Source of the DNA: an uncultured Planctomycetota bacterium
GTDB taxonomy: Bacteria > Planctomycetota > Planctomycetia > Isosphaerales > Isosphaeraceae
NCBI GenBank assembly: GCA_963823665.1
Contig: CAWGMQ010000008.1
Coordinates: 640,001 to 704,000, forward strand
DNA: 64,000 nt
Reading direction: 5' to 3'
Position 1 is the first letter of the stretch. Each line of letters opens with the position of its first letter. Under the pieces are notes generated by a model. The model worked only from the letters and a program-made list of their open reading frames with translations, was not told where the DNA came from and made no database searches. Below, in pieces: positions 41,118-52,600 of the stretch. Position numbers and translations under genes: made by a program.

Positions 41118-41146
41118 TTGAGTCGCCAGGACAAGAATCGTATAAT
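41118..41146 (+). promoter_or_regulatory. Sigma70-type promoter upstream of the ECF-kinase operon
   Basis: TTGAGT-N17-TATAAT. Confidence 0.55.
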
Positions 41147-41326
41147 CGGCCCTCGATGACCGGACTGAAGCTCGTCACCGTGGACGCAGCTCCAGTCAAC
41201 CATTTCCAATTTGACCGGACGACTTGGCCCCGATCCGGGTTCCCAGCGGCGGTGCGCGGGCTCTTTTTCCTTTGAACCTGTGGACAAACGGCCGTGGCTC
41301 GCATTTCCCAGAGTATGGGAACCCTC

Positions 41327-41977
41327 ATGGCGGACGAATCAGGCGACAACGAAGCGCTCCTGGAGCGTGCGGCCGCCGGCGAAACAGCCGCGCTCGCCGA
41401 GTTCTGGGAGCGACATCATAAGCGTCTGCGCCAGATGGTGCGGCTTCGGCTCGATCGCCGCCTTCAGGGCCGGGTCGACCCCTCCGACGTTCTCCAGGAG
41501 GCTTACATCGACCTGGCCGCGCGACTCCCCGAGTATGCCCGCGATCGCCCCTTCACGCCGTATCTCTGGTTGCGCCTGGTGACCGGACAGCGGCTCATGG
41601 AAGTGCACCGCCGCCACCTGGGCACGGCGATGCGCGACGCCGGCCGCGAGGTCTCGCTCTATCGCGGCGCCCTGCCGCAGGCCAGCTCCATCTCGCTCGC
41701 CGCCCAGTTGCTCGGCCGGTTTACAACGCCGAGCCAGGCCGCTGTTCGTGCCGAGCGGAAGCTCCAGCTCCAGGGCGTCTTGAACGCCATGGACCCGATG
41801 GACCGCGAGATCCTCGCCCTGCGCCACTTCGAGGAGCTCACAAACGGCGAAGCCTCCGAGGTGCTGGGCCTTTCCAAAACCGCCGCCAATAACCGCTACA
41901 TGCGCGCCCTCGGCCGCCTGCGCAACCTGCTCGAGAGCTTGCCGGGGTTCCTCGAAAAGGCTGAGGGACCGCAATGA
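41327..41977 (+). CDS. Planctomycete-type ECF sigma factor (kinase-associated)
   Basis: RLRQMVRLRLDRRLQGRVDPSDVLQEAY, TTPSQAA, DREILALRHFEELTN; ATGA overlap with the kinase. Confidence 0.93.
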   Translation: MADESGDNEALLERAAAGETAALAEFWERHHKRLRQMVRLRLDRRLQGRVDPSDVLQEAYIDLAARLPEYARDRPFTPYLWLRLVTGQRLMEVHRRHLGTAMRDAGREVSLYRGALPQASSISLAAQLLGRFTTPSQAAVRAERKLQLQGVLNAMDPMDREILALRHFEELTNGEASEVLGLSKTAANNRYMRALGRLRNLLESLPGFLEKAEGPQ

Positions 41978-44900
41978 CGGCTTCCGGAACTTCGGACGAA
42001 CGATTCAGCGCGCTGGCCGACGACTTCGTCAACCGCCAGCGTCTCGGCCAGAACCCTTCTATCGACGACTATGCCGCCGCCCACCCGGACCTGGCCGACG
42101 AGATCCGCCTCGCGTTTCCCGCCCTCTTGATGATCGCAGACTTGAAGCCTGGCCCGCGCGACGCCACCGGAGATTTCGAAGCCGCGTCCGTGGTCGTCCG
42201 CGGCGCTCGCCTCCAGCGGCTAGGCGACTTCCGTCTGCTCCGCGAGGCCGGCCGCGGCGGCATGGGCGTGGTCTACGAGGCCGAGCAGGAATCGCTCGGC
42301 CGCCGCGTCGCGCTCAAAGTGCTGGCGGCTCACGCGATCGCCGATCCGGCGCAGGTAAAACGATTCGAGCGCGAGGCCCGCGCAGCCGCGCAGTTGCACC
42401 ACACCAACATCGTGCCGGTCTTCGGCGTCGGCGAGCAGGACGGGCTCCACTACTACGCAATGCAGTTCATCCCGGGGCTCGGCCTCGATAGCGTGATCGA
42501 GGAGGTCAAGCGGCTTCGCTCGGCGCCCTCGACAAGCACACCGGCCAGTGCTCCTGTGCTCGAGCCGCGGAAGAGCCCCCTCGATATCGCCCCCACTGTC
42601 GCCGGGCTCGCCCGCTCGCTCTTGAGTGAACATTTCGATTCGACCGCCCTGGCCGCGTGCACGCCCGGTTCCATCGACGTGTTGCGGTCCGAGGAGCTGG
42701 GAATGATGGATCATTCCCCCCGGGCGCCGATCGAATCAGCCGAACTTTCTTCCGACGTGGTGCTCGGCCCGTCCGGGCTGTCGTCGACATCGGGATCAGA
42801 CACCCGCTACTGGCGCAGCGTGGCCCGGGTCGGGCTCCAGGTCGCCCAGGGGCTCGAATACGCTCATACGCAAGGCATCTTCCACCGCGATATCAAACCC
42901 TCCAACCTTCTGCTCGACGCCCAGGGAACGGCCTGGCTGACCGATTTCGGCCTTGCCAAGGCGGTCGAGGGCGACGACTTGACCCACACCGGCGACATCG
43001 TCGGCACGATCCGCTACATGGCCCCCGAACGCTTTCAGGGGCGCTGCGACGCGCGGTCGGACGTCTACGCCCTCGGCTTGACGCTCTACGAAATGGTGGC
43101 GCTGCGCCCGGCGTTCGACCACGCATCCCGCCAGGCGTTGATCCGCCAGGTAATGGAAGAAACGCCGCCCCGCCTGCGCAAGATCGTCCCCGGCATCCCG
43201 CGCGATCTGGAAACCATCATCCAGATGGCGATCGTGCGAGAGCCCGGCACTCGCTATGCGACCGCCGGTGCCATGGCCGACGACCTCGCGCTTTTCCTGG
43301 ACGGCAAGCCCGTCCACGCCCGAGATACCGGCCCGATAGAGCGGTGCTGGAAGTGGGCCCGGAGGCGCCCGTTGGTCGCAGGCTTGGTCACCAGCCTGGC
43401 CCTCGCTGTGTGCACAGGATTCGGATTGGTCACCTGGCACTGGCGCGCCGCAGTTGCGGCGCGCGACGAGGCGCTGCGAACGCTCAAGATGGCCAACCAG
43501 GCGGTCAACACTTATTTCACCAAGGTCAGCGAAGAGAAGCTGCTCAACGAACCCGGGATGCAACCGCTCCGTCGTGAGCTCCTGAAGCTCTCGATCCCGT
43601 ACTATCAGGCGTTCGTCGCCCAGCGCAGCGACGACCCCGCTCTGCGGGCCGACCTGGCCAAAGCCTATACCAACTGGGGCAAGGTCACAGGCGATATCGG
43701 CTCGACGGACGACTCGAGAAAACTCCTCAAGACCGCGATTGGCCAGTTCGAGCCCCTCCTCAGGGTCGATCCGTCCAACCGTGATCTTCAGATGAGCCTG
43801 GCACGGACCTATCTATACCTGGCTGAGCTGTCGTACCGGGCGAATGACGTGAAAGGGGGATCCGAAGCGGTCAACCGGTTAGCCGTCCTCTTGACGCGCG
43901 TGGTCAGTGCACCGCCCGACGACCCGGTGGCCAGGCGGATGCTGGGACGCTGCTATGACCTCGCCGCCAGTTTCCGCGTAGACGAAGATCCAGTAGAGGC
44001 GAAGCAGCTTTTCGAGAAGGCCCTGACGATCTTGAACGACGACGTCCGCGACTTCCCTTCCTACACCGAGGCCTGGTGGCAGCTCGCGGGAACCTATGCC
44101 AACCTCGCGTTCCTGCTGGGCCTCTGCGTGCACGGCGACTCGGACGAGGCAGATCGACCCATCTCCAGATCGATCGAAATCCTCAGGAAACTCCGCAACG
44201 ACGAGCCCGGCAGAGCATTGTTCGAGAAGGACCTCGCAAGGGCATTGATGGTCCGCGGCCAGATCTGCCTTTCCAGAGGCACCCTCACGGATGCCGGCGA
44301 AGCTTTCGACGAAGGACTGCTGGTTATCGAATCGGTCGTCGCGAGAAACCCCAACGTTAGCGAGTGTCTACACCGTTTAAGTATGATCCTCAGTTACGTT
44401 GCTGAAATCCGGCTCGAGCAAGGCCGCACCGCGATTGCGCGGAAACTTCTCGAGAAGGCGATTGCCCTTGAGCAGGATCTCTTCCGGCGCGGTGGAACCA
44501 TGGGCCAGAGCGCCGTGAATCTGATCGACTGTCAGTCCATGCTCGCCAGGCTCGAGCGAGAGTCGCGGAGGATGGACGCGGCCAAAAAGGCCATCAGCCC
44601 GCCACGACCGGAGATGCTAGCGCAAATTGCAGCCTCGCCGGACCCGAGTATCATGGGAATCGATTTGAAGGTGTTGCTCGAGGAAGCCTTTCTCGATTCC
44701 CACAGAGCGAAAGACACGTCCCCACAGTTAGGCCCCCTCCTGGAGGGATTACGGAAACGTGAAGACTTGCTGCGGAAGCATCCCGAGGATGTCAACTTCC
44801 GTCACCAGGTCGTCTCGGGATATCTGGCCCTCGGCCAGATGCTAGCAGCCTCCGGGTTAACGGGAGACGCGCTGAAGAAACTTGAAATCGCGGCCTCCCT

Positions 44901-45348
44901 GCTCGCGCCGGGACTGCAACAGGCGCCGCGGAATCTTCGCCTTCAGGCCCAGAAAACCCGGCTCGAAGTAGAGCGCGCCGCTCTCCTGGACCAGGGCGGT
45001 AACTCTGCCCAGGCACGCTCTGCGGCCGAGCACGCCGTCTCCCTCGCCGAGAAACTCGCGGCCGCAGACCCAGCCTACCAGTATGACCTGGCCTGTGCCT
45101 CGGCGCTCCAGTCCCGACTCGATCCGCCCGCCCCCGGCCATCCCAACACTGCCCTCGCCGCACTTCGGAAGGCCATCGAGGCCGGGTTCGATAACATCTA
45201 CAAACTCGAATCCGACCCTTATCTCACTGCGCTCCATTCGCTTGAAGAGTTCCGTCGCCTCGTCAAGCGCCTCAACGACACGAAGCAGCCGAATCTTCCT
45301 GAGAACGAAGACAGACCAGCCGCGCCCACCCATCCCTCCAAGCTCTGA
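41974..45348 (+). CDS. Ser/Thr kinase-TM-TPR receptor (paralog 1)
   Basis: GRGGMGVVY, VALK, HRDIKPSN, DFG, YMAPE; TM; TPR-like helices; YDLAC C-terminal motif. Confidence 0.95.
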   Translation: MTASGTSDERFSALADDFVNRQRLGQNPSIDDYAAAHPDLADEIRLAFPALLMIADLKPGPRDATGDFEAASVVVRGARLQRLGDFRLLREAGRGGMGVVYEAEQESLGRRVALKVLAAHAIADPAQVKRFEREARAAAQLHHTNIVPVFGVGEQDGLHYYAMQFIPGLGLDSVIEEVKRLRSAPSTSTPASAPVLEPRKSPLDIAPTVAGLARSLLSEHFDSTALAACTPGSIDVLRSEELGMMDHSPRAPIESAELSSDVVLGPSGLSSTSGSDTRYWRSVARVGLQVAQGLEYAHTQGIFHRDIKPSNLLLDAQGTAWLTDFGLAKAVEGDDLTHTGDIVGTIRYMAPERFQGRCDARSDVYALGLTLYEMVALRPAFDHASRQALIRQVMEETPPRLRKIVPGIPRDLETIIQMAIVREPGTRYATAGAMADDLALFLDGKPVHARDTGPIERCWKWARRRPLVAGLVTSLALAVCTGFGLVTWHWRAAVAARDEALRTLKMANQAVNTYFTKVSEEKLLNEPGMQPLRRELLKLSIPYYQAFVAQRSDDPALRADLAKAYTNWGKVTGDIGSTDDSRKLLKTAIGQFEPLLRVDPSNRDLQMSLARTYLYLAELSYRANDVKGGSEAVNRLAVLLTRVVSAPPDDPVARRMLGRCYDLAASFRVDEDPVEAKQLFEKALTILNDDVRDFPSYTEAWWQLAGTYANLAFLLGLCVHGDSDEADRPISRSIEILRKLRNDEPGRALFEKDLARALMVRGQICLSRGTLTDAGEAFDEGLLVIESVVARNPNVSECLHRLSMILSYVAEIRLEQGRTAIARKLLEKAIALEQDLFRRGGTMGQSAVNLIDCQSMLARLERESRRMDAAKKAISPPRPEMLAQIAASPDPSIMGIDLKVLLEEAFLDSHRAKDTSPQLGPLLEGLRKREDLLRKHPEDVNFRHQVVSGYLALGQMLAASGLTGDALKKLEIAASLLAPGLQQAPRNLRLQAQKTRLEVERAALLDQGGNSAQARSAAEHAVSLAEKLAAADPAYQYDLACASALQSRLDPPAPGHPNTALAALRKAIEAGFDNIYKLESDPYLTALHSLEEFRRLVKRLNDTKQPNLPENEDRPAAPTHPSKL

Positions 45349-45398
45349 ATTCAGTGCGTTCGCCCCATGCGTCTATGACCGCATCGGGCGCGAGCCCA

Positions 45399-48197
45399 TC
45401 AACTTGCAAAAGGATCACCCGGCAGCGCAAGATCCATGAGCAGCATCTGGAAGTCGTCTCGGTCGCGCAGAGGCTCCAGTTCGGGGCTGGTTCGGAAAAC
45501 CTCCCGCGTCTTGAACCCACCCGCGACCGATCGTCGCAGCGCCAGCATCGCTTGATCGCCGTAGCGCCGGGCGTCCTCAGCCTCGGAAGGAGAGCGGCTT
45601 GCGGACGCAGGCGGGATGCGCAGTGCCAGGCAGCGCGCCGTGTGATAATGATACGTGGGCCAGCTTTGCGGCAAGGACTCCAGCAGCTTCTCGGCCTCGT
45701 CAAGTAGCTTGAGTGCCTCCGTGTACCGTCCCACCTTGCGGTACAGCCCGGCAAGCCCCGTGTCGCCGATGTCGAGGGCCTGCCTGTATCGAACGGTCTC
45801 GGGAGCGCCCTGCACCAGCTTCTGGATCACGACGCGTGCCTGCTCGTACGATTGGATCGCCTCGGCAGTCTGGCCCAGCTTGCATTGCAAGGCGGCGATC
45901 CAGTTGATGGTATCCGCCCGCTCGGCCTGAACACCTTGGTCGTTGCCGCGGTGGCGCACGCGAGTGTCCCAGATCGCCAGGGCCTCTTGTTGAATGAGCA
46001 GAGCCTTTGCGGGTTCACCCAACTGGTCGAGGAGCATGCCGACATGACTGAGGTTTGAAGCCAGCCTGAGTTGCAAACGAATGACGGTAGGATTATCGCG
46101 GACAAGGGCTCTCCTCAGCGCCAGTGACTTCTCAAGGAAATACAGCGACTGCGCGACCTGGCCCGTCGACTCGAGATTCGTCCCGAGGCCTCGGTATCCG
46201 TCAGCGAGATCATTTTGCCACTTCGAAACTTTTGGCTGGATGCGGACCAGCATCTCAAGCACCGAAATGGCTTCGCGGAAAGACCGATGCGCTGCCGTAG
46301 GCTGATTAACCCGATCTTGCTCCTGACCGTACCCGTAGAGCGCAAGGCCCAATGCGTTCTGAATATTGCCGTCCCGAGGATTGCCACGAGCCAGCGGGAC
46401 CAGGATCGCGAGGGCACGCTCGTGGGAGTGCAGCGAACCGTCTTCCTGGCCCAGAGCCGCCTGTAAGCCGCCGAGAGTCGCGAGGCAATCCGCGAGCGCC
46501 TTCCGAGCCTTTTGATCGGTCGGGTCCTCGTGTAGGATTCGCTCGCGGAGCGAGAGCTCGTGCTGAAACAAGATTAATGACTCGGCATGAGAGCCGAGTT
46601 CATTGGTGATTCTGGCGATTCTCGAGTACGCATGGGCCAGATCGACCAGAAGCTTCGGGTCATTTCCCTGACGTGCGATGAACCGTTGGTAATATTTAAG
46701 CGCATCCTCGAGCAGATTCTTGCGCAACTGGCGAAACTCGCCCAGATCTTCCTGGTTTAGCAGGGTCTCTTCACTGACTCTCAGCAGGTAGTCTTCGACA
46801 GCCTGCCCCGCATCGCGGGCACTCTCCAGAGCCCGTGTCTTTTCTGCCAGCGTCAGCGCCTGCGCCGCGCGCAACCGGGTCGCCGCCTGGTACTGCGACC
46901 AGGCCAGAGCAATCGAGAGTCCGGTCGCCAGCACCAGGCTCGCCGCGGACAAGCCGAAAGCAGCCGCCAGCCTTGGCTGCCGGCGGCACCACCGCACGAC
47001 CCGAGCGGGCGCTCCGAGTGGGCGGGCAAGAACCGGCTCGTTGGCGAGATACCTTCGCAGATCCTCCGCCATTGCTTCCGCACTTGAGTACCGAGCATCG
47101 GGCTCCTTCGACATCGCCTTCCGCACGATCGTCTCCAGGTCGGGCGCGATGCGGCGATCAAGCCGCCGTGGCGCGGCCGGCTCATCATTCTTGACACGAT
47201 CGATCAGTTTCGCCGTACTCGATTCGGCGAAAAGCGGACGAAGCGTGAGCAGCTCATACAAGGTCACGCCCAGCGAGTACACGTCGCTTCGCGGCTCCGA
47301 GCGTCCGTCAAACCGCTCCGGCGCCATATCGCGCACGGTGCCCACGGTATCTCCAGTCTGAGTGAGCCCGGCTTCGCCATCGAATGCCTTCGCCAGGCCG
47401 AAGTCGGTGACCCATACGCTTCCCTGCGTGTCGAGCAGCAGATTCGCGGGCTTGATATCGCGATGCAGAATTCCCTGCTCGTGAGCGTAGGCCAGAGCCC
47501 CAGCAACCTGAAAGCCAATCCGCGCGATCGTTTGGAAGTGATTCGGGTCAGCGCCAGCCGATCCCGCGAGCCGGTCAAAGATCTGGTCCAGGCTCTCGCT
47601 CTCGATGAACTGCATCACATAGTAGAGCTGACCTTCGTCCTCCCCCACACCGAAGACAGGCACGATATTGGTGTGATGCAGCTTGCCCGCGGCGCGAGCC
47701 TCACGGTGGAAACGCTGGACTGATGTCGTCGAGGCGCGATGGACGAGCATGATCTTGAGCGCCGCTCGGCGGCCAAGGGCGAGCTCGATCGCCTCGTACA
47801 CAACGCCCATGCCGCCGTGGCCGATCTCACGAATGATCTGGAAACCGGCGACCGCTGGCAACTGCCGCACTTTGGACAACGATGATTTCGCCGCCAAAGC
47901 GGTGCCGGCACCGGCGCCTTCCGAACTTATCCTCGTCCGATGATCCCGATGCGCCTTGCGCGGTGGGCCGCGGTCCTTGAGCGATTGAAGCACGGCGCAA
48001 TCGAGGCTCTCTTCGCGTCGCTGCGGTGATCGACAATCAACGGCCAGTGCCTCATTTCGCACGACCATGAGGCCTTCCAGTCGCCGCTGACAGAGGGCGC
48101 AGCACTCAACGTGATCCTCGACCGCTTCGTACTGTCGGTCGTCGAGCTGCTCGTCCAGCAAGCGATCCAGTTGGCCGAAGAACGCGCAGCTATCCAT
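45399..48197 (-). CDS. Ser/Thr kinase with N-terminal HxxxCxxC zinc-finger (ZAS-like), TM and TPR repeats
   Basis: HVECCALC; GHGGMGVVY, HRDIKPAN, DFG, DMAPE. Confidence 0.92.
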   Translation of the reverse strand: MDSCAFFGQLDRLLDEQLDDRQYEAVEDHVECCALCQRRLEGLMVVRNEALAVDCRSPQRREESLDCAVLQSLKDRGPPRKAHRDHRTRISSEGAGAGTALAAKSSLSKVRQLPAVAGFQIIREIGHGGMGVVYEAIELALGRRAALKIMLVHRASTTSVQRFHREARAAGKLHHTNIVPVFGVGEDEGQLYYVMQFIESESLDQIFDRLAGSAGADPNHFQTIARIGFQVAGALAYAHEQGILHRDIKPANLLLDTQGSVWVTDFGLAKAFDGEAGLTQTGDTVGTVRDMAPERFDGRSEPRSDVYSLGVTLYELLTLRPLFAESSTAKLIDRVKNDEPAAPRRLDRRIAPDLETIVRKAMSKEPDARYSSAEAMAEDLRRYLANEPVLARPLGAPARVVRWCRRQPRLAAAFGLSAASLVLATGLSIALAWSQYQAATRLRAAQALTLAEKTRALESARDAGQAVEDYLLRVSEETLLNQEDLGEFRQLRKNLLEDALKYYQRFIARQGNDPKLLVDLAHAYSRIARITNELGSHAESLILFQHELSLRERILHEDPTDQKARKALADCLATLGGLQAALGQEDGSLHSHERALAILVPLARGNPRDGNIQNALGLALYGYGQEQDRVNQPTAAHRSFREAISVLEMLVRIQPKVSKWQNDLADGYRGLGTNLESTGQVAQSLYFLEKSLALRRALVRDNPTVIRLQLRLASNLSHVGMLLDQLGEPAKALLIQQEALAIWDTRVRHRGNDQGVQAERADTINWIAALQCKLGQTAEAIQSYEQARVVIQKLVQGAPETVRYRQALDIGDTGLAGLYRKVGRYTEALKLLDEAEKLLESLPQSWPTYHYHTARCLALRIPPASASRSPSEAEDARRYGDQAMLALRRSVAGGFKTREVFRTSPELEPLRDRDDFQMLLMDLALPGDPFAS

Positions 48198-48254
48198 CGA
48201 ACGATCCTCTTGGCCTGTGCCCGCAAAGCCGGCTGACGAGATCTGCCCAAGGCA

Positions 48255-48881
48255 TCACTCCGCGGGCAACGCCTGGGCCGCGTTCTCGAGCGCGACGACT
48301 TCTCGATTCAGTTGCTTGGTCACATTGCTCCTGGATACAAACACGGCCGCGACCTTCATCCCCAGTTGCGCCGCCGCGTCGGCGCCTGACAATCCCTCGA
48401 TCGCCGTGAGGCGGTAGGCTTCCCACGTCTTCAGAGCGATCCGCTCTCGCACTCGCCGCCCCGCCTCCTCGAGCAGTTCCAGGTCGAATTCCGCCTCCAG
48501 TCGCCGAGCCAGATCATCTCGTGCTTCAGCCGTCTGGATCAGCTCGGCCCCGTCAATCCCGCCCCTGGCCACCGCTCCGATACAACTCCGGCGGTCGGCC
48601 ATGTAATCGTGGCAGGCGTTCCTGACCAGCGTTCTCAGCCAACCTCGGAAACTCTGCGCTGGGTCGTACGCAAACCGCCGCATCTGGATCGCGAGCTTTG
48701 CCAGCACTGCCTGAGTGACATCGTTGGCGTCAGCATCCTGAAGCTGCCACGCGCGGCTCCAGCAGTAGATCTTCGCGCCGTAGCGGTCGACAAACTCCTC
48801 CCAGGCAGCCTGGTCCGACGGCCTGTGGCTCAGTCGTAAGAGCAGGCTGACACTCGTGATCGAGGCCTTCGGTTCCGGCAC
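48255..48881 (-). CDS. ECF sigma factor (kinase-associated)
   Basis: TSVSLLLRL, DQAAWEEFVDRY, DANDVTQ, SFRGWL, WEAYRLTAIEG; GTG start. Confidence 0.9.
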   Translation of the reverse strand: MPEPKASITSVSLLLRLSHRPSDQAAWEEFVDRYGAKIYCWSRAWQLQDADANDVTQAVLAKLAIQMRRFAYDPAQSFRGWLRTLVRNACHDYMADRRSCIGAVARGGIDGAELIQTAEARDDLARRLEAEFDLELLEEAGRRVRERIALKTWEAYRLTAIEGLSGADAAAQLGMKVAAVFVSRSNVTKQLNREVVALENAAQALPAE

Positions 48882-49104
48882 GTGCCTACCAAGGATCGAG
48901 ATGTTGGTGAATTGGATCAGCCCCGCACCCTCGCGGCCTGTCGTCCAGAATTTCTTGAATCTGTGCTTATAGGTCAGAGCGCCGAACGGAGTAACAGTTC
49001 TGGACTCCAACAATAACCAGGCCGCATGAGGGATGCAAGCTTGCACCCGACTCGGCTGGAGCTTCAGAACCGTTATCGCAGTCAATGTAGTCTGTTTCCT
49101 TGAT

Positions 49105-49429
49105 GGGGCGCGTCTCCGACCCCGCCCTCCCGACCGACCGAAGGTCTCCAGACGATCCCATTGTCGTCTTTCGCTCCGCGAAAGTGCGTCCGAGTTGGGC
49201 GCGGGTCTCCAGACTCCGCCCTCTGCGAGACCGAAGGTCTCCAGACGATCCCATTGTCGTCTTTCGCTCCGCGAAAGTGCGTCCGAGTTGGGCGCGGGTC
49301 TCCAGACCCCGCCCTCTGCGAGACCGAAGGTCTCCAGACGATCCCATTGTCGTCTTTCGCTCCGCGAAAGTGCGTCCGAGTTGGGCGCGGGTCTCATGAC
49401 CCCGCCCTCCCGGCCGACCGAAGGTCTCC
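49105..49429. repeat. Tandem array of ~3.3 x 93-bp palindrome-rich units (BIME-like)
   Basis: GACCGAAGGTCTCC at 49136, 49229, 49322 and 49416; units are near-identical. Confidence 0.93.
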
Positions 49430-49624
49430 CAACGCCCGCGCCGTCGATCAAACAATGTCACAGCTCCAAAACTTTTTCGCATGCCGCTGTGGATAACCGG
49501 GCGCCGCCCGCATTTTCCTCTGTAGGAGGACGCCAGGAACCGGCGACCCCGCTGAGAACGAAGCGTTCCTCGAAGTCGGAACCGGCAGAGGACCGCGTGG
49601 AGTACCATGCACCGGAGACACTCG

Positions 49625-52600
49625 ATGACCGACTCGGCCAGATCGGAAGACCGCTTCAGCGCTTTGGCTGACGAGTTCATCAAGCGCCAGCGGCTGGGCC
49701 AGAACCCCTCGATCGAGGCCTACGCCGCCGCCCACCCCGATCTGGCCGACGAGATCCGACTGGCGTTTCCCGCGCTCTTGATGATCGATGACTTGAAGCC
49801 CAGATCGGGCGACCCCACCGGCAATTTCGACGTGGCATCGGTGGTCATCCGCGGTGCGAAGTTGGAGCGCCTCGGCGATTTCCGCGTCCTCCGCGAGGCC
49901 GGCCGCGGCGGCATGGGCGTGGTCTATGAGGCCGAACAAGAATCCCTCGGCCGCCGCGTCGCGCTCAAGGTCCTCGCGGCACACGCCGTTCCCGACCCGG
50001 CGCAAGTGAAACGGTTTGAGCGCGAGGCCCGTGCAGCCGCCCAGTTGCACCACACCAACATCGTCCCGGTCTTCGGCGTCGGCGAGCAGAACGGGCTGCA
50101 CTACTACGCGATGCAGTTCATCGCCGGGCTCGGCCTCGACGCCGTCATCGACGAGGTCAAGCGGCTGCGACACGCGACTCGAGCCGCACACCCTCCCACG
50201 CCTCCGGATACCCGGCAGGGCCCCGACGGTTCCGCCCCCACCGCCGCCGCGATTGCTCGATCGCTCGTCACCGAAGCGTTCACCGCGCCTTCCCCAGTTC
50301 GAGTCAGCTCCTCCACAATCGAGCCGGCCCCTCCGGCCGGCCCCAGCGCTGACGTGGACGATCCATCGTTCCGGCTGAGCGCAGAGTCACCCGTCCTGTC
50401 GTCCGAGGCCGCCCTGAGCGCCTCCGGCATCTCGTCGGGCTCAAGCTCTGACTCGAAATACTGGCACAGCGTGGCGCGGGTCGGCATGCAGGTCGCCCGG
50501 GCCCTCGAATACGCCCACAATCAGGGAATCCTCCACCGCGACATCAAGCCGGCCAACCTCCTCCTCGACAGCCAGGGAACCGTCTGGGTCGCCGACTTCG
50601 GGCTGGCCAAGGCCGTCGAGGGAGAGGACCTGACCCACACCGGCGACATCGTCGGCACGATCCGTTACATGGCGCCGGAGCGGTTCCAGGGTCGGTGCGA
50701 CACACGGTCCGACATTTATGCCCTGGGTTTGACGCTCTACGAGATGTTGGGGCTCGCTCCGGCGTTCGAGCACAAGTCCCGCCAGGCGCTCATCCGCCAG
50801 GTCATGGAGGAAGAGCCGCCGCGCTTGCGCAAGCTCGATCCGTCGATCCCGCGCGACCTGGAGACCGTGATCCACAAAGCGATCGCCCGAGACCCCGCCG
50901 GTCGTTATGCCACGGCCGGCGCTCTGGCCGACGACCTGTCCCTGTTCCTGGACGACAAGCCCGTCCGTGCCCGGGACGTCGGCATTCTCGAGCGAACCTG
51001 GAAATGGGCGCACCGCCGGCCGGCGATCGCCGCGCTCCTGGCCGGCCTCGTGGTCACTATTCTCGGTGGCCTGGCGGCCGTGACCTGGCAATGGCGCGCA
51101 GCCGTGACCGCCCGCGACGAGGCGCAAATGGCCCGCGACGAGGCACGCGGCAACCTGAAAGTCGCCAGCAAGGCGGTCGATACGTTTTTCACCACCGTGA
51201 GCGGAGAGCATCTGCTCAACGAGCCTGGAATGCACCCGCTCCGCGAGAAACTGCTCATGCTCGCACTCGCCTACTACCAGGATTTCGCCTCACGCGGCAA
51301 CGACGACCCCTCGCTCCGCGTCGCGCTGGCAAACGCCTACCTCAATTGGGGGACGATTATCGGCGAGTTCCGCAAGACGCAAGACGCGAGAACAATTCTC
51401 CGGACCGCCGTGAATCACTTCAGCAGCCTGTGCCGAGCTAACCCGACCGATCCCGAACTCCAGCGGGGGCTCGCAAGGAGCTATCTCGCCCTCGCCCAGC
51501 AATCGTTACAGGGTGACTACGGCGGCGAAGGGTTTGAAGAGGCGCGAAACGCAGCCGGGCTCTGGGAGGTCGTTGTCCGCGCGCGCCCGAAGGATCCCGA
51601 GGCCAGACGCCTTTTGGGGCGGAGTTACGACCTGGCCGGCGCCTTCCGCTCCGGCACGGACCTGAGCTCCTCCGAGACGTACTTCGAGAAAGCCATCGAT
51701 GTCCTCACCGCAGCCCGGAAAGACTTCCCGTCCGACGCCCCGATCCAGCAGCGTCTCGCGATGGCGATCTCCAACATATCCGCCCTGTACTTGAACATGG
51801 GCGACCCCGGTCGCGCCGCTTTATCCGTCGGCAGATCTCTCGAGATCTTGAAGAAGCTCCACGCCGCAAACCCATCGAGCAACATGCTCCAGAAGGATCT
51901 CTCCAGAGCCATCCGAAATCGCGGCCAGGCTCGCCTGTATTTCGGCTCCCTGAGCGGCTCGGGCGACGACTTCGAGGAGGCCCTCCGGGTCGTCGAATCG
52001 CTCGTCAACAAGAATCCCGAGGTCAGTGACTACCGTTACATCCTCGGGGAAGTCTACACATACCTCGGGCAAGTCAGGGCAGAACAAAATCGGACCGTCC
52101 TCGCCAGAGAGCTCCTCGACCAGGCGATCGTCGGGCAGAAAAAGCTCCTCGAGCAGCACCCGGACATGGTCCAGAACACACTCACCCTTTTCGAGAGCCG
52201 TTGCAACGTCGCGACCATCGAGAGGGAGGCAGGCCGCGCCGATGCCGCGCGAAAAACCCTCGGAGACTCCCTCCCTCGAATGAAACAATACGTTGAATCC
52301 CAGCCTGACGCCACGCACCGGAGGATCTATTTCCAGGCGCTGCTCGAATCCACACTCATCGAGTGCGCCTGCGGTGGAAACGCGGTCGCGCACGTTGGCG
52401 CGCTCCTCGAAGCCCTGCGCGACCAGGAAAACTTCACACACACGCATCCGGAAGACAGCATCGTCCGGTGCGCAGCGGTTGAGTGTGCCCTGGCGCTCGC
52501 CCAGCTTGGTGATGCCCACGATACACCGGCTCTTGCCCTCGAGAAGTTGAATCGTGCGACCGCGCTGATCACACCGGGCCTCGCGATCACCCCCGGCCAT

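Noticed and set aside
49105..49429. CRISPR array
   Set aside because: The whole 93-bp unit repeats, with no unique spacers, and there are no cas genes in the window.
48882..49451. N-terminal 31-aa-repeat extension of the ECF (ORF-track start 49451)
   Set aside because: The frame is open only because the 93-bp DNA repeat is a multiple of 3; sigma homology starts near GTG 48881.
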